15,253 nt of DNA from a virus (taxonomy: Duplodnaviria > Heunggongvirae > Uroviricota > Caudoviricetes): IMG/VR virus record IMGVR_UViG_2778261687_000008; one strand, given 5' to 3'. Each line of letters begins with the position of its first letter. Within the stretch, counting starts at the first letter, position 1. Positions 1 to 8,335 of the stretch are shown here, one piece after another. The position numbers and the translations under genes are program-made. The notes under the pieces were generated by a model. It did not search any database. It saw only the letters and a list, made by a program, of their open reading frames with translations, and had not been told where the DNA came from.

Positions 1-207
1 TCAGTCAACCACCAGGGAATAATCCTTCATATTATTATCGTGCTTCACCAACGCTGCCTCAATTGCTCTGAATGCTTCCAGAGACACCTTATGTTCTATA
101 CATGCAATTACAACATCAGGGTAACTCATAGAAATGGTGCTATTAAGCATATTTTTTACACGAATCAGATCCACGGAGGGATCATCAGCAGATTGTTCTT
201 TATTCAT
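1..207 (-). CDS. ybcW: Small hypothetical protein, YbcW-like (68 aa)
   Basis: Complete ORF with TGA stop at the window start (1-3 on minus strand). Sequence and position (next to ybcV/bor) match my recollection of DLP12 ybcW. No function known. Confidence 0.55.
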
Positions 208-492
208 TTTGTCGCTCCATGCGCTTGCTCTTCATCTAGCGGTTAAAATATTACTTCAAATCTTTCTGTATGAAGATTTGAGCACGTTGGCCTTACATAC
301 ATCTGTCGGTTGTATTTCCCTCCAGAATGCCAGCAGGACCGCACTTTGTTACGCAACCAATACTATTAAGTGAAAACATTCCTAATATTTGACATAAATC
401 ATCAACAAAACACAAAGAGGTCAGACCAGATTGAAACGATAAAAACGATAATGCAAACTACGCGCCCTCGTATCACATGGAAGGTTTTACCA

Positions 493-903
493 ATGGCTCA
501 GGTTGCCATTTTTAAAGAAATATTCGATCAAGTGCGAAAAGATTTAAACTGTGAATTGTTTTATTCTGAACTAAAACGTCACAACGTCTCACATTATATT
601 TACTATCTAGCCACAGATAATATTCACATCGTGTTAGAAAACGATAACACTGTGTTAATAAAAGGACTTAAAAAGGTTGTAAATGTTAAATTCTCAAGAA
701 ACACGCATCTTATAGAAACGTCCTATGATAGGTTGAAATCAAGAGAAATCACATTTCAGCAATACAGGGAAAATCTTGCTAAAGCAGGAGTTTTCCGATG
801 GGTTACAAATATCCATGAACATAAAAGATATTACTATACCTTTGATAATTCATTACTATTTACTGAGAGCATTCAGAACACTACACAAATCTTTCCACGC
901 TAA
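493..903 (+). CDS. ybcV: DUF1398-family protein, YbcV-like (136 aa from ATG 493)
   Basis: ORF track frame 370-903. I chose ATG at 493 because it is preceded by GGAAGG about 8 nt upstream and gives the 136-aa length I recall for YbcV. Alternative starts are GTG 370 and ATG 451. Confidence 0.65.
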   Translation: MAQVAIFKEIFDQVRKDLNCELFYSELKRHNVSHYIYYLATDNIHIVLENDNTVLIKGLKKVVNVKFSRNTHLIETSYDRLKSREITFQQYRENLAKAGVFRWVTNIHEHKRYYYTFDNSLLFTESIQNTTQIFPR

Positions 904-1193
904 ATCATAACGTCCGGTTTCTTCCGTGTCAGCACCGGGGCGTTGGCATAATGCAATACGTGTACGCGCTAAACCCTGTGTGCATCGTTTTTAATTATTC
1001 CCGGACACTCCCGCAGAGAAGTTCCCCGTCAGGGCTGTGGACATAGTTAATCCGGGAATACAATGACGATTCATCGCACCTGACATACATTAATAAATAT
1101 TAACAATATGAAATTTCAACTCATTGTTTAGGGTTTGTTTAATTTTCTACACATACGATTCTGCGAACTTCAAAAAGCATCGGGAATAACACC

Positions 1194-1487
1194 ATGAAAA
1201 AAATGCTACTCGCTACTGCGCTGGCCCTGCTTATTACAGGATGTGCTCAACAGACGTTTACTGTTCAAAACAAACCGGCAGCAGTAGCACCAAAGGAAAC
1301 CATCACCCATCATTTCTTCGTTTCTGGAATTGGGCAGAAGAAAACTGTCGATGCAGCCAAAATTTGTGGCGGCGCAGAAAATGTTGTTAAAACAGAAACC
1401 CAGCAAACATTCGTAAATGGATTGCTCGGTTTTATTACTTTAGGCATTTATACTCCGCTGGAAGCGCGTGTGTATTGCTCACAATAA
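1194..1487 (+). CDS. borD: Bor-family outer-membrane lipoprotein (lambda Bor homologue, serum-resistance moron)
   Basis: 97-aa ORF with signal peptide and lipobox LITGC. Near-identical to my recollection of lambda Bor. Convergent with Rz, as in lambda. Confidence 0.9.
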   Translation: MKKMLLATALALLITGCAQQTFTVQNKPAAVAPKETITHHFFVSGIGQKKTVDAAKICGGAENVVKTETQQTFVNGLLGFITLGIYTPLEARVYCSQ

Positions 1488-1493
1488 TTGCAT

Positions 1494-1519
1494 GAGTTGC
1501 CCATCGATATGGGCAACTC
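1494..1519. terminator. Inverted repeat between convergent bor and Rz (candidate bidirectional terminator or RNA stabiliser)
   Basis: gagttgcccat-cgat-atgggcaactc forms an 11-bp stem with a 4-nt loop directly after both stop codons. There is no strong U-tract on either strand, so confidence is low. Confidence 0.3.
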
Positions 1520-1980
1520 TATCTGCACTGCTCATTAATATACTTCTGGGTTCCTTCCAGTTGTTTTTGCACAGTGATCAGCCTCTCTCTGAGGGTGAAA
1601 TAATCCCGTTCAGCGGTGTCTGCCAGTCGGGGGGAGGCTGCATTATCCACGCCGGAGGCGGTGGTGGCTTCACGCACTGACTGACAGACTGCTTTGATGT
1701 GCAACCGACGACGACCAGCGGCAACATCATCACGCAGAGCATCATTTTCAGCTTTAGCATCAGCTAACTCCTTCGTGTATTTTGCATCGAGCGCAGCAAC
1801 ATCACGCTGACGCATCTGCATGTCAGTAATTGCCGCGTTCGCCAGCTTCAGTTCTCTGGCATTTTTGTCGCGCTGGGCTTTGTAGGTAATGGCGTTATCA
1901 CGGTAATGATTAACAGCCCATGACAGGCAGACGATGATGCAGATAACCAGAGCGGAGATAATCGCGGTTACTCTGTTCAT
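1519..1980 (-). CDS. rzpD: Rz i-spanin (inner-membrane spanin subunit)
   Basis: Near-identical to lambda Rz as I recall it. N-terminal TM helix followed by a coiled-coil periplasmic domain. ATG at 1980-1978 overlaps the endolysin stop as ATGA. The ORF track's upstream start at 1992 is less likely. Confidence 0.85.
   Translation of the reverse strand: MNRVTAIISALVICIIVCLSWAVNHYRDNAITYKAQRDKNARELKLANAAITDMQMRQRDVAALDAKYTKELADAKAENDALRDDVAAGRRRLHIKAVCQSVREATTASGVDNAASPRLADTAERDYFTLRERLITVQKQLEGTQKYINEQCR
1578..1760 (-). CDS. rzoD: Rz1 o-spanin lipoprotein, embedded in the +1 frame of Rz
   Basis: 60-aa ORF entirely inside Rz in a different frame. Signal peptide with lipobox VVGC and a proline-rich mature part (PPPPPAW...PPPDW), matching lambda Rz1. 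Confidence 0.85.
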   Translation of the reverse strand: MLKLKMMLCVMMLPLVVVGCTSKQSVSQCVKPPPPPAWIMQPPPDWQTPLNGIISPSERG

Positions 1981-2474
1981 TGCTGACCCCACAAACAGAT
2001 TTCACGCTCAATCTCACGACGAGTCATGAGACCTTTCCATTGCTTACCGCCAGCATATGTCCAGCGACGTAGCTGATCACATGCGCCTTTGATATCGCCC
2101 TGGTTTATTTTGCGAAGAAGCGTCGATGTTCTGAAATTGCCAGCACCCACGTTGTAAACGAATGAGTAAAGAGCGCCGCGCGTTGTTTCCGGTATATCGA
2201 CTTTGATGTACGGGTTAATTTGTCTGGCGACAGTGGCAAGGTCTTTATTCAAGAGTGCTTTGCATTCTGCTTTGGTATACGTTTTACCGAGCATGATGTC
2301 TTTTCCTGTATGCCCGTGACATACAGTCCATACACCAACAATATCTTTATATGGTATGTAGCTGACACCTTCCAGACCATCATCACCACTCGGACCAGTG
2401 ATGAGCACAGACGCTATGGCAACAGCCCCACCACCAATAGCAGCTGCTACAGCCTTGCGTAATGATGGCGACAT
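1977..2474 (-). CDS. rrrD: SAR endolysin (T4-lysozyme-type, phage 21 R-like)
   Basis: 165 aa. N-terminal weakly hydrophobic Gly/Ala-rich SAR helix ([20 protein letters not shown]), then an E...D...T catalytic triad context (LEGVSY...KDIVGVWT). Start overlaps the holin stop by 1 nt (TAATG). Confidence 0.9.
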   Translation of the reverse strand: MSPSLRKAVAAAIGGGAVAIASVLITGPSGDDGLEGVSYIPYKDIVGVWTVCHGHTGKDIMLGKTYTKAECKALLNKDLATVARQINPYIKVDIPETTRGALYSFVYNVGAGNFRTSTLLRKINQGDIKGACDQLRRWTYAGGKQWKGLMTRREIEREICLWGQQ

Positions 2475-2689
2475 TATTCACCTCTCGCAGCCTTACGCTT
2501 ATCTTCTTTAATCTTGAAATAAAGGTTTGTCAGGTACGTCAGCAGGCCAAATACCAGGCTACCCAGCACTCCAATTGCCGCCCACTGTGAGGGCGTGACT
2601 TTATCTAGCAGCTGTAAAAACCAGTACCCGGCACTACCTGCTGAGGTGCCATAGGCGACACCCGTTGTTAACTTATCCATGGATTTCAT
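2474..2689 (-). CDS. essD: Pinholin (class II holin, S21-like)
   Basis: 71 aa with two TM helices and a charged C-terminus ([11 protein letters not shown]). Dual-start motif M1-K-S-M4, as in S21 holin/antiholin. Confidence 0.9.
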
Positions 2690-2810
2690 AACCCCACCTC
2701 GCAGACAAAGCGGGTGTAAATTGAGGGAATACTACGAAACGTAACAGACTCGGAGTCAGTGAATAACTCAGGTATTGGGTTATCAGCTAATATCGAGACT
2801 CAAAAAATGG

Positions 2811-2834
2811 AAAAACCCGCTCGACGGCGGGTTT
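2811..2834 (-). terminator. Candidate intrinsic terminator upstream of the lysis cassette (tR'-like position)
   Basis: Minus-strand reading is AAACCCGC-CGTCGA-GCGGGTTT followed by TTTTTCC: a GC-rich stem with a U-run, about 125 nt upstream of the holin start. Confidence 0.45.
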
Positions 2835-3262
2835 AAGCTGTGTGACGAAGTAACCACTCTTAACAGCATAACCAATTTTTTACGTACGTAAACCACTAAA
2901 TGATATTTGCGAGAATGCTACCGAGTATTGAAAACACCACTACAAATACATAAGCAAATCTCAACAAATAACCAACAAATAATTTACAGTGTTATTTTTA
3001 TCCGATTTAAATTGAACCTTCAAATTATAGATCACTTATAAATAACAGCCGTTAATATAAACTGGCTAATAGATTTATTTTTATTCAGCCACGAGCTATA
3101 AATAGGATTCGATAGAAAAAAGTTCAGATAAAAATAGAGATCTACTTCACAAATCAAACGAGAAACCAAAACTTACATCTTGAAATAATCACATTGATTA
3201 GATGAATATTTATCGCGCAGTGACATCATTTTTTAATAATAGTTCAAAAAAAAGGGCTCACG

Positions 3263-4345
3263 ATGAAAAAATTAACAGTGGCAATTTCTGCTGTAGCTGC
3301 ATCAGTACTGATGGCGATGTCTGCTCAGGCAGCTGAAATTTATAATAAAGACAGTAACAAGCTGGATCTGTACGGGAAAGTTAATGCTAAGCACTACTTC
3401 TCCTCTAATGATGCAGATGATGGTGATACTACTTATGCCCGTCTTGGCTTCAAAGGTGAAACCCAAATCAACGATCAGCTGACTGGTTTCGGTCAGTGGG
3501 AATATGAATTCAAAGGCAACCGCGCTGAATCTCAAGGTTCCTCCAAAGACAAAACCCGTCTTGCATTTGCAGGCCTGAAATTCGGTGACTACGGCTCAAT
3601 CGATTACGGCCGTAACTACGGTGTAGCATACGACATCGGTGCGTGGACTGACGTTCTGCCAGAATTCGGTGGCGATACCTGGACCCAAACAGATGTGTTC
3701 ATGACTGGTCGTACCACTGGTGTTGCAACCTATCGTAACAACGACTTCTTTGGTCTGGTTGATGGTCTGAACTTTGCTGCTCAGTATCAGGGTAAAAATG
3801 ACCGCACTGACGTAACTGAAGCTAATGGTGATGGTTTCGGTTTCTCCACTACTTATGAGTATGAAGGATTCGGTGTAGGTGCAACCTATGCTAAATCTGA
3901 CCGCACTAATAATCAGGTTATCTACGGTAACAACAGCCTGAATGCATCTGGTCAAAATGCTGAAGTATGGGCAGCTGGTCTGAAATATGATGCGAACAAC
4001 ATCTATCTGGCTACCACCTATTCTGAAACCCAGAACATGACTGTTTTTGGTAATAACCATATTGCCAACAAAGCACAAAACTTCGAAGTAGTTGCACAAT
4101 ATCAGTTCGACTTCGGTCTGCGTCCGTCCGTTGCTTACCTGCAATCTAAAGGAAAAGACTTGGGTGCGTGGGGTGATCAGGACCTGGTTGAATATATTGA
4201 TGTAGGTGCAACCTATTACTTCAACAAAAATATGTCCACTTTTGTTGATTACAAAATCAACCTGATTGATAAGAGCGATTTCACGAAAGCATCTGGCGTT
4301 GCTACCGATGATATCGTTGCTGTAGGTATGGTTTACCAGTTCTAA
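3263..4345 (+). CDS. nmpC: General bacterial porin, OmpC/OmpF/PhoE family (NmpC/Lc-type prophage porin), apparently intact
   Basis: 360 aa. Signal peptide ending AQA|AEIYNK, aromatic/glycine-rich beta-barrel pattern, C-terminal ...VYQF. AAAGGG Shine-Dalgarno upstream. Opposite strand to the flanking Q and lysis genes. Confidence 0.9.
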   Translation: MKKLTVAISAVAASVLMAMSAQAAEIYNKDSNKLDLYGKVNAKHYFSSNDADDGDTTYARLGFKGETQINDQLTGFGQWEYEFKGNRAESQGSSKDKTRLAFAGLKFGDYGSIDYGRNYGVAYDIGAWTDVLPEFGGDTWTQTDVFMTGRTTGVATYRNNDFFGLVDGLNFAAQYQGKNDRTDVTEANGDGFGFSTTYEYEGFGVGATYAKSDRTNNQVIYGNNSLNASGQNAEVWAAGLKYDANNIYLATTYSETQNMTVFGNNHIANKAQNFEVVAQYQFDFGLRPSVAYLQSKGKDLGAWGDQDLVEYIDVGATYYFNKNMSTFVDYKINLIDKSDFTKASGVATDDIVAVGMVYQF

Positions 4346-4360
4346 TTTGATTACTAAAAG

Positions 4361-4394
4361 ATATGTTGCGGGAGGCTTTGCCTCCCCAACATAT
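4361..4394. terminator. Long hairpin just downstream of the nmpC stop (candidate terminator or RNA structure)
   Basis: atatgttg-c-gggaggc-ttt-gcctccc-caacatat: 15 paired bases with one bulge. The minus-strand version is followed by CUUUU; the plus-strand version has no U-tract. Confidence 0.3.
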
Positions 4395-4482
4395 AAGTGG
4401 CTCCCTCAAGCCACTTCCTTTAGGAGCACAACCTTGCTTCTAACTATATAAACCTTCTGTTATATATTACCCTTTATTTTTG

Positions 4483-4506
4483 GGGGCGTTGCAACGCCCC
4501 ATTTTT
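4483..4506 (+). terminator. Candidate rho-independent terminator (plus strand)
   Basis: ggggcgttg/caacgcccc perfect 9-bp palindrome followed by A-TTTTT on the plus strand, about 140 nt downstream of nmpC. Confidence 0.5.
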
Positions 4507-4533
4507 AATAATTTTTAGTAAACAATTGGCATA

Positions 4534-4917
4534 TTAATTAGAGTTATTAACAACGATATCCATCTCTAACCGGATATCTAATGCCATTAACATCCCTTCA
4601 ATTATGCCCTCAGCCTTCTGTAACCTTTTCCCGATATAACCATCAGAGCAGCAATGCTTACCTGCCAGTGACATGAATGTCATACCGACTACATAATAAT
4701 CTACTAATAAATCGTGCAAATCGCTGTTGTTCTTTTTCAGACGGGCCATGCACCCGCAAATAATCATCGCGTCATCGTCACAACATTGCGGGCGAGATTT
4801 TACTTTTGAAGTAATTAATCCCTTAAAACCGGCGGCAATGGACGACCAGGTCACATCTTCATGATTATTAGCCGCCCACGCTCCCCAACGCTCAAGAACC
4901 ATCTGAATATCACGCAT
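4534..4917 (-). CDS. quuD: Late-gene antiterminator Q (phage 21/82-type)
   Basis: 127 aa from MRDIQMV. Cysteine-rich (CC...C..C and CC) zinc-binding pattern. Matches my recollection of DLP12 QuuD. The ORF track's 132-aa start at 4932 is probably too long. Confidence 0.8.
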   Translation of the reverse strand: MRDIQMVLERWGAWAANNHEDVTWSSIAAGFKGLITSKVKSRPQCCDDDAMIICGCMARLKKNNSDLHDLLVDYYVVGMTFMSLAGKHCCSDGYIGKRLQKAEGIIEGMLMALDIRLEMDIVVNNSN

Positions 4918-5002
4918 CAACTTACTCCACAAAAATCAGACCAGAACGCCAATTACAAGCAAAAATCAACAAAACAGTATTAGTTGATTGTTATCTCTGA
5001 CT

Positions 5003-5140
5003 TCATACTCCTGCTCCTGTCAGGGTTTTGGCGTAATTCTTCAGTATTCGGTAATCGGTCAAAACAGAACCGGGGAAACGATATAAGCGCAGATGCCCCC
5101 AGCGGTGGCGAAGAAGTTCTGCCATATAAAACTCAAACAT
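5003..5140 (-). CDS. ylcG: Small protein YlcG-like (45 aa)
   Basis: Manually translated ([45 protein letters not shown]). Below the ORF-track length cutoff. Its ATG overlaps the rusA stop (TGATG). Confidence 0.55.
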   Translation of the reverse strand: MFEFYMAELLRHRWGHLRLYRFPGSVLTDYRILKNYAKTLTGAGV

Positions 5141-5501
5141 CATTCATTCCCCATTTCGGTGATGGTCAGTTCCAGCCTCCCACCTTTGGTAACAGGCATC
5201 TTCACAACGCGGTAATCAACGACCTGAGCATCATCCAGCCAGAAACCTGCTTTGGTGAGTGCGTCAAAAGCGGCTTTTTGCAGATTATCCAGGTCACGGC
5301 GACGGCGATCCGGCATGTGGCACTCAATACGGATTTTCACTGGCATAGCCAGGCCGATATCCAGCATTGCGTTTTTAATGATTCGGGTGACGTTATCGCG
5401 GTATGCCTGCCCTTCTGCGCTGATGTGTGTGCGCCCGCGATTATGGCGGTAATAGCGGTTATTGCTCGGAGGCCAGGGAATGTGATGCTGTAGGTATTCA
5501 C
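5140..5501 (-). CDS. rusA: RusA Holliday-junction resolvase; N-terminus is frame-disrupted (possible pseudogene or non-canonical start)
   Basis: The core ...[24 protein letters not shown]...[28 protein letters not shown]... is in one frame back to a stop at 5521-5523, with no ATG/GTG/TTG before the Met at 5365-5367. A GTG-NTYSIT N-terminus-like segment (5481-5501) sits in a different frame. Confidence 0.6.
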
Positions 5502-5788
5502 GCCTTAATAACCCCCTCTTTCAGCCAGATAACCTGCGTTCTCGCCATACCTTCCAGCGCGCATTCTTTTGCATACTCAGCATCGACAAAATATGTGCGG
5601 CGGTCGATTTCGTCGTGACAGGCAGAACATGCAATGGTGGCAATAAGGTCTGGCGGTTTAATACCGGTGCCGCACAATCCAGCCAGCCGGATATGTGCCA
5701 GTACAGACGTTTCAGGGTTGCCATTACATACGCCAGTGATTCTTACCTGGCATTCCCGACCACGCGCTGCTTTTCTCAAATCAGCCAT
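5498..5788 (-). CDS. ybcO: DUF1364-family protein YbcO-like (putative nuclease)
   Basis: 96 aa from [10 protein letters not shown]. Cysteine-rich. Start overlaps the ninE stop (ATGGCTGA). Gene-order context ninB-ninE-ybcO-rusA. Confidence 0.75.
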   Translation of the reverse strand: MADLRKAARGRECQVRITGVCNGNPETSVLAHIRLAGLCGTGIKPPDLIATIACSACHDEIDRRTYFVDAEYAKECALEGMARTQVIWLKEGVIKA

Positions 5789-5951
5789 GATTCCTCCTTG
5801 CTGCCAGTCGCAACCATTTTTTATCAACCAGGCTGGCGGTATATCCGAGCAGTGTTGGTATTTCGGATGGCTTCAGCTCAGGTTTACGCTTACGACGATT
5901 TGGTACTCTGTAGATGTGTCCGTTCATGACACGAATAAGCGGTGTAGCCAT
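5781..5951 (-). CDS. ninE: NinE-family protein (56 aa)
   Basis: Manually translated [59 protein letters not shown] overlaps the ninB stop (TAATG). Not in the ORF track because it is under 60 aa. Confidence 0.75.
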   Translation of the reverse strand: MATPLIRVMNGHIYRVPNRRKRKPELKPSEIPTLLGYTASLVDKKWLRLAARRNHG

Positions 5952-6406
5952 TACGCCTCCTGCTTGTCGCGCAGCAGCTGGAACTCGCAGCTCTGCGGAA
6001 TAGTCAGGTGGCAGCCAATATTCATCGCCCAGGCTTCAACCTTACACAGGAAGACATACATCTCTCCGGCATCAAGATCGGAGGTATGGCGTAACGACTG
6101 GATAGTGGTGATTTCACCGGTTACGACATCAACCAGTTCTTTGGTTTCATAACCGAGGTATGTGTGTTTGAGAGCTTCTTTTACCCATGCTGCGGTAGCG
6201 AACGATTTCCCCCTGCTGATAAGGTATTCACTGATTTCGCTGTACCACATGTGGCTGAGTGCATTCTGGGAAAGACTGCGTTTCTCACGCCACGGTTTAA
6301 GCACCATGCGAAAGCATTTTCCGTCCTCCAGATAAGGCTGGATCTGCTGGCCGATAGCGGTGAAGTTGCCACGATGTAATTTGATGCCATCTTGTGGTAG
6401 GTTCAC
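5951..6406 (-). CDS. ybcN: NinB-family recombination protein (YbcN-like)
   Basis: 151 aa. GTG start preceded by GGAGGT. NinB-like pattern (R..SL.QN...) and position in the nin region. Confidence 0.8.
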   Translation of the reverse strand: MNLPQDGIKLHRGNFTAIGQQIQPYLEDGKCFRMVLKPWREKRSLSQNALSHMWYSEISEYLISRGKSFATAAWVKEALKHTYLGYETKELVDVVTGEITTIQSLRHTSDLDAGEMYVFLCKVEAWAMNIGCHLTIPQSCEFQLLRDKQEA

Positions 6407-6504
6407 GCTTCACCTCCGCAGAGGTCAAACGTTGGATGCAAAAAATCGCAGGTGCATTTCTGCATCTGTGAAGGGAGAAGAGAGTTTAGATTGTATGTGC
6501 GCAT
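6403..6504 (-). CDS. ylcH: Small cysteine-containing protein (33 aa), ylcH-like by position
   Basis: Manually translated [33 protein letters not shown]. Its stop overlaps the ybcN GTG start (GTGA). Identity rests on position and size only. Confidence 0.4.
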   Translation of the reverse strand: MRTYNLNSLLPSQMQKCTCDFLHPTFDLCGGEA

Positions 6505-6832
6505 AAACGTCCCCGTTTAGCGCAAACCCACCGCCGGGTGTTCAGGCCGACAGTAACTATATTATTTCCTACTGTTTTTTAAAAATCAAAGGCCTTTATA
6601 CGTCACACGAGAGCAAATATTTCCGAAGAAGAAACCTTTCGCCTTGAAAGGATAAAGAGCTCATTTCATAAATTGAAATATTCAATAAGAATATTGCAAA
6701 AAATGAAATTATTTACTAGCGAGTCTATCTAACTGATAATTATGAAGATTGTAAGCGGTAGCAATCACCCGCATACACATTGAACAGGATTTAATACAAA
6801 ACGTCTTAAATTGTCCGTAAGGAATAGCACGA

Positions 6833-7849
6833 ATGACTCAAACTCCACTATTACTTGCAATCATATTTTTATTGGTTGTTCTTGTTCTATATATAGCTGC
6901 AATCAAACGCATCAAAAAAATACAATTAGAATTAAGTGATAGCAATCAAAAAAATGAAGAATACAAATCTCGCTTTGCAGATTATTTTAATGTGGAAGAG
7001 GAATGTAAGAAGCTTATTGAGAAAACAGAGCAAGAATGCTCCATTATAAAAGAAGAGTCCCAAAAAGTAAAAGAAAATGCCAATAATGAACTAACAAACA
7101 CCATTGAAAAAATGGATGGTATCAATAAACAAATCCAAGAACTAAGAAGAACTTATAAAGAGAAGAAAGAAATATATGATAAGCTAGTAAAGCAAATTTC
7201 TATTTATTCAGAAGATGTTGAACTAGCCGAACTAGGATTTTACGAACCTCATTTTAATTTTGAAGATTCAGAGCAATTTAAAAACAAAATAAAATCCATC
7301 AGGGATGAACAGAAATTAATGCTGCGGGATAAAACCCACTCTGGTGCAGTATATTGCACAACCCAATGGACTGTTGAAGGCTCTCGAGCAGAGGGTAAAA
7401 AAATGACAGACAGAAATATTAGGCTAACTACTAGAGCATTTAATAATGAATGTGATGCTGCAATTAGTAATTGCACGTGGAAAAATATCACTAAAATGGA
7501 AGAACGCATCACAAAGGCATTTGAGGACATAAATAAACTAAACGAGCAAAATCACATATATATAAATACTAAATACCTTAATAAAAAACTTGAGGAGTTG
7601 TGGCTTACCCATGAATATCGTGAGCAAAAACAGAAAGAAAAAGAAGAACAGGCAGAAATAAGGGCACAAATGAGAGAGGAGGAGCGTGCACAACGAGAAA
7701 TAGAAAAGGCCATGCAAGACGCAGAGGCAGAAGAGCGCCGTTATAAAAAAGCAATTGAAGCTGCAAGAAAGGAAATGGAAAAAGTTACTGGTGACATGAA
7801 GCAGCGCCTCGAAAATCGCATTGCCGAACTAGAACAGAGTTTGTCGTAG
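6833..7849 (+). CDS. Membrane-anchored coiled-coil protein (DUF4041-like N-terminal module; cargo gene A)
   Basis: 338 aa. Single N-terminal TM helix (LLLAIIFLLVVLVLYIAAI), then long E/K/Q-rich heptad-like coiled-coil segments and a highly charged C-terminus. AAGGA Shine-Dalgarno 10 nt upstream. AT-rich codon usage. Confidence 0.7.
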   Translation: MTQTPLLLAIIFLLVVLVLYIAAIKRIKKIQLELSDSNQKNEEYKSRFADYFNVEEECKKLIEKTEQECSIIKEESQKVKENANNELTNTIEKMDGINKQIQELRRTYKEKKEIYDKLVKQISIYSEDVELAELGFYEPHFNFEDSEQFKNKIKSIRDEQKLMLRDKTHSGAVYCTTQWTVEGSRAEGKKMTDRNIRLTTRAFNNECDAAISNCTWKNITKMEERITKAFEDINKLNEQNHIYINTKYLNKKLEELWLTHEYREQKQKEKEEQAEIRAQMREEERAQREIEKAMQDAEAEERRYKKAIEAARKEMEKVTGDMKQRLENRIAELEQSLS

Positions 7850-7879
7850 GCTGAATCAAAGCATCAAAGAGCATTATCC

Positions 7880-8335
7880 ATGGCACAACAAACCAAACAA
7901 GGTCATGTTTATATTATTTCGAACATAGGTTCTTTTGGGGAGAATGTTTATAAAATAGGCATGACACGACGTCTTGATCCACAAGACCGTGTAAATGAGC
8001 TTGGTGATGCATCTGTTCCTTTTATTTTTGATGTGCATGCCATGATTTATTCGGAGGACGCTCCATCATTAGAAAAAAAACTACATGATGTCTTCGATAA
8101 AAAGAGAGTCAATCTTGTAAATCGTAGAAAAGAGTTTTTCTATGTTACTCTGGATGAGATCAAAGAAGCTGTTAAAAAACACTCTGATTCAGAAATTGAA
8201 TTTATTGAGACAGCAGTCGCAAAAGACTTTAATGAGTCATTGGCTATTCGTAATCATGAAAATAAAAAAAGCGACAACAGCAACTCATCAATCATACTTG
8301 AGCGAAAAATCCCAGAGTTTGCAGATGTAATTTAA
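7880..8335 (+). CDS. T5orf172 / GIY-YIG-like nuclease-domain protein (cargo gene B); in frame with gene A across a single TAG
   Basis: 151 aa. Motifs GHVYIISN...VYKIGMTRR...R..EL...PF fit the GIY-YIG / T5orf172 (MUG113) pattern. Weak Shine-Dalgarno. Same reading frame as gene A with 10 sense codons between. Confidence 0.65.
   Translation: MAQQTKQGHVYIISNIGSFGENVYKIGMTRRLDPQDRVNELGDASVPFIFDVHAMIYSEDAPSLEKKLHDVFDKKRVNLVNRRKEFFYVTLDEIKEAVKKHSDSEIEFIETAVAKDFNESLAIRNHENKKSDNSNSSIILERKIPEFADVI

Noticed and set aside
370-492. N-terminal extension of the ybcV ORF (GTG 370 or ATG 451 starts)
   Set aside because: No convincing Shine-Dalgarno at either, while ATG 493 has GGAAGG at the right spacing and gives the recalled protein length. 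Cannot be excluded without homologue alignment.
3596-4144. 182-aa minus-strand ORF (with the 77-aa ORF at 3302-3535) inside the porin gene
   Set aside because: Entirely antisense to a strongly supported porin CDS, with no ribosome-binding site or recognisable motifs; a shadow ORF.
4984-5493. 169-aa plus-strand ORF (with 5252-5452 and 5427-5618)
   Set aside because: Antisense to ylcG and rusA; these are the opposite-strand shadows of well-supported minus-strand genes.
5615-6152. Plus-strand ORFs of 104 and 172 aa, plus 6164-6379 (+) and 6181-6390 (-)
   Set aside because: Overlap ybcO, ninE and ninB in antisense or alternative frames; no motifs or start context.
7249-7530. 93-aa minus-strand ORF inside cargo gene A, the 62-aa plus-strand ORF at 8142-8330, and minus-strand ORFs at 8652-9185 inside the HD gene
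   Set aside because: Alternative-frame or antisense ORFs within longer ORFs that carry recognisable domains; AT-rich sequence generates these easily.
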